Part shown: positions 8,225 to 15,259 of the stretch, in pieces
Layout of the letters: every line of letters starts with the position of its first letter
Numbering within the stretch: the stretch's first letter is position 1
From: Elusimicrobiota bacterium
Lineage (GTDB): Bacteria > Elusimicrobiota > Elusimicrobia > UBA1565
Direction of reading: 5' to 3'
Assembly (NCBI GenBank): GCA_043819795.1
Contig: JBDREN010000067.1
Span: forward strand, 1 to 20,645
Length of the DNA: 20,645 bases
The notes under the pieces: model-generated
Told to the model about the DNA's origin: nothing
Seen by the model: only the letters and a program-made list of their open reading frames with translations
Database searches by the model: none
Position numbers and translations under genes: made by a program

Positions 8225-10294
8225 ATGCGCAGGATACCGGCTTCCGACATCGGACTCTCCATCGACGAGGGGATGTGGACCTTCGACAACCCTCCCCGGC
8301 GCCTGCTCCGCGAGCTCTACGGCTTCGCGCCCGGCAAGCGCTGGCTGGACCACGCCCGCGGAGCCTCGGTGCGCTTCAACGACGGGGGATCGGGAAGCTT
8401 CGTCTCGCCCCACGGCCTCGTGCTGACCAACCACCACGTGGCCATGGGCCAGCTCCAAAAGATGTCCACCCCCGCCAGGAACCACGTCCGCGACGGCTTC
8501 CGGGCCCCGAGGCGCTCGCGGGAGATGCGCTGCCCGGACGTCGAGATCGACCAGCTCGTCTCGATGGAGAACGTCACCCGCCGCGTGCTCGCGGCCTCCG
8601 GGCAAAGGGCCTCCGAGGCTGAGGTCAACGAGGCCCGCAAGGCCGCGACCGCCCGCATCGAAGGCGAGTCCACCGAGAAAACGGGGCTGCGTTCGGACGT
8701 GGTCGAGCTCTACCAGGGCGGCGAGTACTGGCTCTACCGCTACAAGAAGTACACCGACGTCCGGCTGGTGATGGCGCCGGAGCTTCGGGCGGCGTCCTTC
8801 GGCGGGAGCGGAGACAACTTCACCTATCCCCGATTCTCCCTCGACTTCGCGTTCTTCCGCGTCTACGAGGGCGGGCGCCCGGCGCGCTCACGGCGGTACT
8901 TCCCGCTCAGGCCCGCGGGGCCCAGGGAGGGCGAGCCGCTCTTCGTCACCGGGCACCCCGGCGCCACCTACCGCCTGCTGACTTTGGCCCAGCTCGAGTT
9001 CCAACGGGACCTGGCCCTCCCCACGCGGCTCAAGACGTGCCGCTCGCGGCTGGAAGCGATCCGCAGCTACGGCGCCCGCGCAGCCGAGGCCGCCCGTCGA
9101 GCCCAGGACGTCAGGCTTCATCTCGAGAACGCCGCCAAGCTCGTGGCGGGCGAGCACGAGGGCCTGCTCGATCCCGGACTCTTCGAGAGGAAGGCCGGCG
9201 CCGACCGGCGGCTGCGGGAACGGGTCGCGGCGCGGCCCGAGCTCGCGCGCGCGTGCCGCGGCTGCTGGGAGCGCATCGCGGCGGCCCGGCGGGCCCTCGC
9301 CCGCCGATTCCGCCCCTACGCGTTCCGGCGCCTGAACGCGGACCGCCTCACGGGGATGGCCGGCGCGATCGTGCGCTACGTCGCGGAGGTCGCCAAGCCC
9401 AACGAGAAGCGCTACGAGGAGTTCCGCGACTCGGCGCTCGAGTCCCTGCGCTTCCGGCTGTTCTCGCCGGCGCCGCTGCACAAGGACTTCGAGGAGGCCA
9501 TGCTGGCCCACGGGCTCGGGGAATCTCTGCGCGAGCTGGGCTCAGGCGACCCGTTCGTCCGCGCCGCCTTGGGCGGCAAGAGCCCGGAGCGAACGGCGCG
9601 CGAGGCGATCGCCCGCACGCGCCTCGACAAGCCCGCCGTCCGCAAGGCGCTCGTCGAAGGCGGACGGGCCGCGGTCGAGTCTTCCAAGGACCCGCTCATC
9701 GCGCTCGCCCGCCGCGTGGACGGGCACTACCGCGGGATGCGCAAGTGGTACGAGGACAACGTGGAGAGCGTCGAGCGGGTCAACGGCCAGCGGATCGCCA
9801 AGGCCCGCTTCGCGCTCTACGGAAAGGCGCTCTACCCGGACGCGACCTACACGCTGCGTCTCAGCCACGGCCGGGCCGCGGGCTACGAGTGGCAGATGAC
9901 CGAGGTCCCGTTCAAGACGACGTTCTACGGGCTCTACGACCGCTCCGACGGCTTCGACGGGCGCCCGCCCTACGACCTCGGCAAGCGGATCGCGGCCGCC
10001 CGCGGGAAGGTGGAGCTCTCCACGCCGCTCAACTTCGTGAGCACCCACGACATCGTGGGCGGCAACTCGGGCAGCCCTATCGTCGATCGCAAGGGGCGCC
10101 TGGTGGGGGTCGTCTTCGACTCCAACATGCAGGCCCTGCCTTCGGACTACGGCTACCCCGGCGGCGCGGGACGCACGGTCTCGGTCCACGCGGCCGCCAT
10201 CCTAGAGGCCCTGCGCCGCGTCTACGACATGCCCTCCCTCGCCCGCGAGCTAACCCGCGTCCCTCCCCCGCGGGGAGGGATCGCGCTCCGTTGA
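8225..10294 (+). CDS. S46 family dipeptidyl peptidase (DPP7/DPP11-like)
   Basis: DEGMW N-terminal motif, GSGSFVSPHGLVLTNHHV (catalytic His), DNFTYPRFSLDFAFFRVY (Asp), YPDATYTLRLS, DIVGGNSGSP (Ser at 10067) and GVVFDSN. TATAAT at 8204-8209 supports ATG 8225. Confidence 0.93.
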   Translation: MRRIPASDIGLSIDEGMWTFDNPPRRLLRELYGFAPGKRWLDHARGASVRFNDGGSGSFVSPHGLVLTNHHVAMGQLQKMSTPARNHVRDGFRAPRRSREMRCPDVEIDQLVSMENVTRRVLAASGQRASEAEVNEARKAATARIEGESTEKTGLRSDVVELYQGGEYWLYRYKKYTDVRLVMAPELRAASFGGSGDNFTYPRFSLDFAFFRVYEGGRPARSRRYFPLRPAGPREGEPLFVTGHPGATYRLLTLAQLEFQRDLALPTRLKTCRSRLEAIRSYGARAAEAARRAQDVRLHLENAAKLVAGEHEGLLDPGLFERKAGADRRLRERVAARPELARACRGCWERIAAARRALARRFRPYAFRRLNADRLTGMAGAIVRYVAEVAKPNEKRYEEFRDSALESLRFRLFSPAPLHKDFEEAMLAHGLGESLRELGSGDPFVRAALGGKSPERTAREAIARTRLDKPAVRKALVEGGRAAVESSKDPLIALARRVDGHYRGMRKWYEDNVESVERVNGQRIAKARFALYGKALYPDATYTLRLSHGRAAGYEWQMTEVPFKTTFYGLYDRSDGFDGRPPYDLGKRIAAARGKVELSTPLNFVSTHDIVGGNSGSPIVDRKGRLVGVVFDSNMQALPSDYGYPGGAGRTVSVHAAAILEALRRVYDMPSLARELTRVPPPRGGIALR

Positions 10295-10344
10295 GGGGGG
10301 CGGTCTTACTCCCTCTCCCGGCGGGAGAGGGTCGGGGTGAGGGG
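10260..10344. repeat. Two tandem REP-like palindromic units between convergent genes
   Basis: TCCCTCCCC-cgc-GGGGAGGGA (10260-10280) and CCCTCTCCCG-g-CGGGAGAGGG-TCGGGGTGAGGGG (10311-10344). The second matches the widespread CCCTCTCCC-n-GGGAGAGGG-n-GGGGTGAGGG extragenic palindrome pattern. Confidence 0.7.
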
Positions 10345-10386
10345 CAAGCCGCGTCTGCCGGCCTGACGGACTCTCCGCGATCTTAC

Positions 10387-11589
10387 CTACAGGTCGTCCA
10401 GGGCGGCGCGGATGATGGCGAAGGCGCGATCGAGCTGTCCCTCGTCGATGACGAGCGGCGGGGCGAAGCGGACGGTGGTCTCGTGGGTGTCCTTGGCGAG
10501 AAGGCCCCGCCGCATAAGGAGCTTGCAGTAGTCTTTCGCCAAAGGCTTCGTGAACTCCACGGCGCACAGCAGTCCCTTGCCGCGGACTTCCTTGATCAAG
10601 GGATGCTTCAGCGTCTTGAGGAGTCTCAGGAAACGCGCGCCCAGCCGGGCGGAGCGCGCCGGCAGCCTCTCCTTGACGATCACGTCGAGCGCCGCCATGC
10701 CGATGGCGCAGGCCAAAGGGTTCCCGCCGTAGGTGCTGCCGTGCGTGCCGGGCTGGATCAGGCCCAGGACCTCCTTGCGACCCACCACGGCTGAAACGGG
10801 GTATAGCCCGCCCGAGAGCGCCTTGCCCAGGATAATGAGGTCGGGCTTCACTCCCTCGTGGTCCGCGCAGAACATCTTGCCCGTGCGGCCCAGGCCCGTC
10901 TGGATCTCGTCGACGCAGAGAAGGACCTTGCGGCGGGAGCAGACCCGGCGCACGGCCTTGAGGTAGCCGGGCGAAGGGATGCGCACGCCGGCCTCCCCCT
11001 GGATAGGCTCAACGAGGAACCCCGCCGTCCTGGACGTGATGGCCCTCTCCAGGGCCTTCGGGTCGTCGTAAGGGATAATCTTGAAACCGGGCGTGGGCGG
11101 CCCGAAGCCCTCGTAGACGGTCGGATCGGTCGAGAAGCCCGCGATCGTCGTGCTGCGGCCGTGGAAGTTGCCGGCGGCCACCACTATCTCGGCCTTATTC
11201 CTCGGGACGCCCTTGCGCCGGTAGCCCCAGAGCCGGATCGCCTTGATTGCCGTTTCCACCGCTTCGGTCCCCGAGTTCATGGGAAGGGCCATGTCCGCGC
11301 GCGCGAGGCGGCAGAGCCTCTTGAGGAATGCGCCCATCAGGTCGTTATGGAACGCGCGCGAGGTGAGCGAAAGCCGGCTCATCTGGGCCTTGGCCGCCCG
11401 GACGATGGCGGGATGGTTGTGCCCCTGGTTCAGCGCCGAATAGGCGCTGAGCATGTCGAAGTACCGCCGGCCGCTCACGTCGTATACGAACACGCCCTTG
11501 CCGCGCGTCAGGACAACGGGCAGCGGCGCGTACCCGCGCGCCGCGTACGTCTCGTCCAGCTCGATATACCTGCGCGTCAGACGGTCCAT
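10387..11589 (-). CDS. rocD: Ornithine--oxo-acid transaminase (class III PLP aminotransferase), 400 aa
   Basis: YAPLPVVL, DMLSAYSALNQGHNHP, LTSRAFHND, LPMNSGTEAVETAIK, NFHGRS, EPIQGEAGV, DEIQTGLGRTG, ILGKALSGG (PLP Lys), HGSTYGGNPLAC and LAKDTHETTVRFAPPL are typical of OAT rather than ArgD. Confidence 0.93.
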   Translation of the reverse strand: MDRLTRRYIELDETYAARGYAPLPVVLTRGKGVFVYDVSGRRYFDMLSAYSALNQGHNHPAIVRAAKAQMSRLSLTSRAFHNDLMGAFLKRLCRLARADMALPMNSGTEAVETAIKAIRLWGYRRKGVPRNKAEIVVAAGNFHGRSTTIAGFSTDPTVYEGFGPPTPGFKIIPYDDPKALERAITSRTAGFLVEPIQGEAGVRIPSPGYLKAVRRVCSRRKVLLCVDEIQTGLGRTGKMFCADHEGVKPDLIILGKALSGGLYPVSAVVGRKEVLGLIQPGTHGSTYGGNPLACAIGMAALDVIVKERLPARSARLGARFLRLLKTLKHPLIKEVRGKGLLCAVEFTKPLAKDYCKLLMRRGLLAKDTHETTVRFAPPLVIDEGQLDRAFAIIRAALDDL

Positions 11590-11599
11590 AAGCGAAAAA

Positions 11600-11628
11600 A
11601 GTCTAGCGCATTTTGAGGCGGGTGTCAG
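11600..11628 (-). promoter_or_regulatory. sigma70-type promoter of rocD
   Basis: Minus strand CTGACA (11628-11623), 17-bp spacer, TAGACT (11605-11600), ending 10 nt before ATG 11589. Confidence 0.6.
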
Positions 11629-11650
11629 TCCGATGACGCCGTCATGACGG

Positions 11651-13819
11651 TCAGCGGGATTCTCTGCGGTGGCGCTTGACCGCCTCGAGCGCCTCGGGAG
11701 TCCCGATCCTTCCCAACGACCAGGATGAACTGTCGCCGATCCGCGATCGCTTCTCCTTATTGAGGATCCCCACAAGCGCGGGCACGGCCTCCTTCGCGGG
11801 CGGACCGATCAGTCCCAGCGCGAGGACCGCAGTGTGGCCTACGCCGGTGTCCCCGTCCTCGAGCGCTTGAATGAGGGCGGGGACGGCTTGAGTGGCGCGC
11901 AGCTCGCCCAAAGTCTCGGCAGCGGTCCGTCGCATCGCCGCGTCTTCGTCCGCGCGCAGGATCTCGACAAGCGAGGACACGGCCGGTCGCCCCATGTCTC
12001 GCAGCCTGCGGGCAGCCCCGGAGCGCATGCCGGGGTCCGTCCCCTTCATGAGGCGGATCACACCGCGCACGGATCGCTCCCCGCCGACGGACACCAAAGT
12101 CTCGAGTATTGTCGGCCGGAGACTCCAATCACTCTCTTTCTCGAAGGCCCTTATCAGCAAAGGCAGGGCATCTTGGGCCGACGGACCGCGTGCGCGCAGG
12201 GCTTCCAGCGCCTTGCGGCGGACTTCGCGGTCGGGATCTCCCAACTCCCGGACAAGGAATGGGACGGATCCGCTCGCGCGGCATTCATCCAGCGCGCCGG
12301 CGGCTTGGCGGCGGATCTCCGCGTCCCCGTTCGACGAGGCCCGGACAAGAGCGGCGACGGCCTCCATGGTGCAGAACCTGCCGAGCGCGGCAACGGCTTC
12401 GGCGCGGATCCCAGGGTCTTCATACTCCATCGCTCGGATGAGGACGGGAACGGCCTCTTTGGCGTCCAACGCGGTCGCGGCCTTAACCACCCCGGCGAGC
12501 ACCCCGGCGTCCTCCCCTCGCTCGAGCCTGTCGACAAGCGCGCTCACGGTCCGTTCCATTCGCGGCGCGACAGCCTTCAAAGCATCGATCGCGGCCTCGC
12601 GGACACGGGAGCTTCCGTCCGCCACCGCCTCGATCAGGGCGGGGGATGATTCTTCGAACCCGCCCAACATTCTGGCGGCCGACACACGGACATCACTGTC
12701 CTCGTCATCCCTCAAGACCCTGATGAGCGCGGCCACGGAGCCATGACGGCGAAGAAGCGATTTGCATTCTTCTTCCGCCGCCCCCCGCCGACCGCTTGTG
12801 TGTGCGGCCCACAGAAGCTTGCGCAGCGCCCGGATCGCCGCGCTACGCACGGAGGGATCTCGATCTCCCAGCACGCCCACGAAGGCGAGGACGGCTTCCT
12901 CCGCGGAGGACTCTCCCAGTGTTCTGGCGACATCTGCGCGAATGTCGGGATCGCTCGCCTCTTTGAGCATCTTGCTCAACGCGTGCATGGCATCCTTGGT
13001 TTGCAGGGCGCGCCGACTCAATGCGCGGACCACCCGGCGCTGGACTTCGGGGCTCTCATTCTCGATTCCCTGGACGAGGAATATGACCGCCTTGCGCCTC
13101 GATGCCGGATCAAGCTCGGATAGGACCTCCCGGGCGAGCCAACCAACGGTCATATCGCCGCTCCTGAGCGCGTCGACCAAAGCGGGGATCGGCCAGCCGG
13201 GCCTCGGCATGCGGGAGTGTTGATGCCGCGCGAACACGAAGAGCAGAGCCCCCAGCCCAAGGCCCGCGAACGCCCATGCCCTCGCGCCTCTCAGCTTTGT
13301 CGCGCGCAAGCGCTCATACACGACCCTGGTTTTCAGCAAGAGCGGGGCCAGGATAGCGAATGCGCCGGGAACCAGGACCGCGTTCCAGGTCGCGAACCGG
13401 GTGGGAAAGGGCGGGGCAAAGAAGACCCCCCACAGCGCGCCCAAAAGCGCCGCTTTGCGCCAGGCGTTTCTTTCATCCGGGGAGATGAAGGACAGCGCCA
13501 GGACCGGCAGCAACAGGACGCAGGCTGCCAGGAAGGTCAACAAGACGACAAAAGGAACGAAAACAAGGTCCCTGAGGCCGAACTCCAGGATTCCCGGGAC
13601 AATTTCATACAGCTTCGGGCGGGCCCTCACCCCGACGCTTATGATCACCCAAAGGCCGTATACCGGAACGGAGGTCATCAGACAGGCCGCGAAATAGCGC
13701 TTCACCCGCGCCACCCCGTCGCGCGCTTGGGAGATATAGAGGTAGGCGCAGGCCGCCGCCCACAGGCTGATCAGCGCCACGATCGCCGCCTGCACCTCGG
13801 CCCCGCCGGATGCGCTCAT
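11651..13819 (-). CDS. Membrane protein with an N-terminal multi-TM region and a long C-terminal HEAT/PBS-lyase-type repeat array, 722 aa
   Basis: ATG 13819 overlaps the upstream TGA (ATGA). About 6 hydrophobic segments in the first ~200 aa, then many repeats of the type 'AVPALIxAL-xD-x-D-xxVRxxAxxALGxxG'. Confidence 0.85.
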   Translation of the reverse strand: MSASGGAEVQAAIVALISLWAAACAYLYISQARDGVARVKRYFAACLMTSVPVYGLWVIISVGVRARPKLYEIVPGILEFGLRDLVFVPFVVLLTFLAACVLLLPVLALSFISPDERNAWRKAALLGALWGVFFAPPFPTRFATWNAVLVPGAFAILAPLLLKTRVVYERLRATKLRGARAWAFAGLGLGALLFVFARHQHSRMPRPGWPIPALVDALRSGDMTVGWLAREVLSELDPASRRKAVIFLVQGIENESPEVQRRVVRALSRRALQTKDAMHALSKMLKEASDPDIRADVARTLGESSAEEAVLAFVGVLGDRDPSVRSAAIRALRKLLWAAHTSGRRGAAEEECKSLLRRHGSVAALIRVLRDDEDSDVRVSAARMLGGFEESSPALIEAVADGSSRVREAAIDALKAVAPRMERTVSALVDRLERGEDAGVLAGVVKAATALDAKEAVPVLIRAMEYEDPGIRAEAVAALGRFCTMEAVAALVRASSNGDAEIRRQAAGALDECRASGSVPFLVRELGDPDREVRRKALEALRARGPSAQDALPLLIRAFEKESDWSLRPTILETLVSVGGERSVRGVIRLMKGTDPGMRSGAARRLRDMGRPAVSSLVEILRADEDAAMRRTAAETLGELRATQAVPALIQALEDGDTGVGHTAVLALGLIGPPAKEAVPALVGILNKEKRSRIGDSSSWSLGRIGTPEALEAVKRHRRESR

Positions 13820-15168
13820 GGCCACGCCACCAGGGCCCGGGCGAAGCATTCCACGGCGAGCAGGAACACTATGGAGTAGAGCGGTATGTACACGAGCTTC
13901 CTGGGGTCCATCGCCTGATAGACCCACGCATGGATAGCTGCCCAAAAACGTGAGCCCTTAGCCCGCCTTGCCTCGACCGCCGCCTTTTCCTCGCCTTCGA
14001 GCCCTTTGGTCTTGATGAGCGCGGTCACGAGGAGCAATCCCAGGATCGTCAGGCAGTTGCATGAGGCCAGCACCAACATCTTGAGGACCCCTTTTCGGTT
14101 CCGCCACTCCTTGAACACGAGCCACCCGACAAGGAACCCGGCGCAAAGCATGCTGCCCAGCAGGTGAGCCATGCCCGTTACGAATGGATGCGCGCCCAGA
14201 AACGAGTAATATCGGGCTCTCAGCGGCGCTTTGGGGAGGAGCCAAAGGTCTTCGGTCAACCGTTTCGCCGGAGCGTTGATCTCGATCTTCGTGTACTTCA
14301 GGGAGCTGCCTTGCAGGAAATATTCCACCTTGGAAAAGTCCCGCATATCATGGGACATCAAGGGCGTGACATGGCCGATCACCCGCACAACGATCGGGAT
14401 CTCCCGGTCGCCGTAGACGCTGGTCGGCAGCAGCGGAAAAAAGAGCTTCTCTGTGGGGAACGACACTGAAATGCCGCGGCGTTTTTCTCCTCCCGTCGAC
14501 TTCTTGATCCAGGAGGCCACGAACGAGTATCCCTTGCCGATATAATGGTCGAGGACCGGGATCATCGTCTTCCGGGCGGGGAGGCCCTTGCTCTTCAGGT
14601 AACCGTAGAGGCCGGCGGAGGTTCTCGCGGTGACGACCTCGGAGGCGATGCCTTCCTTTTCGATATGCTTATGCACGACCACATCGGCGGAGTCCTCCAC
14701 GGTGCTGCCCATCGTCCACCCCATCGCCATGGCGAGGAGTCCGAAGAACAGCTTCCCAGAATTATTCTCCGCCAGTCCCAGGAACGGAAGATGGACCTGG
14801 GTCGCCCGCAGCCCTTTCACGTTGAGATACACGGCGGACTTCACTTTCTTCGTGATCTCCTCGCCCTCCAGCTCCGGGTAATCGGTCGTCACATCGATGT
14901 CGACCCGCGCGGGCTCCGACGGCACCGGGAAGATCCAGATGAGATCCTTGAGGTTGGGCCGCTCCATGCCCACGCGCAGGATCATGGTCTCGACGCCGTC
15001 TTCGTAGCTGATGTGGGCTTGCTGGTCGCTCTCTTCGTGGAAATCCCAGCGATCGGCGTACTCCTTAGGCTCGACCGGCTCGGCGACGATCATCATCCCG
15101 TCGGCGAAGAGCGGTCGCGGGCTCAAGAAGCCCAGCAGCGAGGCGAGCAGGCAAAGGCGCAAAGCCAT
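13816..15168 (-). CDS. Exported, C-terminally membrane-anchored DUF2330-like protein, 450 aa
   Basis: Signal peptide MALRLCLLASLLGFLSPRPLFA|DG. Segments QQAHISYEDGVETMIL, LIWIFPVPS, LYGYLKSKG, LDHYIGKGYSFVA and ISVSFPTEKLFFPL resemble DUF2330. About 3 C-terminal TM segments. Confidence 0.65.
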   Translation of the reverse strand: MALRLCLLASLLGFLSPRPLFADGMMIVAEPVEPKEYADRWDFHEESDQQAHISYEDGVETMILRVGMERPNLKDLIWIFPVPSEPARVDIDVTTDYPELEGEEITKKVKSAVYLNVKGLRATQVHLPFLGLAENNSGKLFFGLLAMAMGWTMGSTVEDSADVVVHKHIEKEGIASEVVTARTSAGLYGYLKSKGLPARKTMIPVLDHYIGKGYSFVASWIKKSTGGEKRRGISVSFPTEKLFFPLLPTSVYGDREIPIVVRVIGHVTPLMSHDMRDFSKVEYFLQGSSLKYTKIEINAPAKRLTEDLWLLPKAPLRARYYSFLGAHPFVTGMAHLLGSMLCAGFLVGWLVFKEWRNRKGVLKMLVLASCNCLTILGLLLVTALIKTKGLEGEEKAAVEARRAKGSRFWAAIHAWVYQAMDPRKLVYIPLYSIVFLLAVECFARALVAWP

Positions 15169-15173
15169 TCCCG

Positions 15174-15203
15174 AGTATAGGTGTTTTCCCGCGGGCTTTC
15201 CAA
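15174..15203 (-). promoter_or_regulatory. Promoter directly abutting the start codon (leaderless-type)
   Basis: Minus strand TTGGAA (15203-15198), 18-bp spacer, TATACT (15179-15174), only 5 nt before ATG 15168, with no clear SD. Confidence 0.55.
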
Positions 15204-15259
15204 GAGCGCACCCGAGGGGGCTCGCGCGGGATTCCCTCTTTTGATAAAACAGGCTACTG

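Noticed and set aside
9037..10794. 585-aa plus-strand alternative-frame ORF
   Set aside because: Low-complexity Arg/Gly/Ala/Pro product overlapping the S46 gene and rocD; a GC artefact.
8225..11589. Functional coupling of the S46 peptidase and rocD
   Set aside because: The genes are convergent with separate promoters; there is no evidence beyond adjacency.
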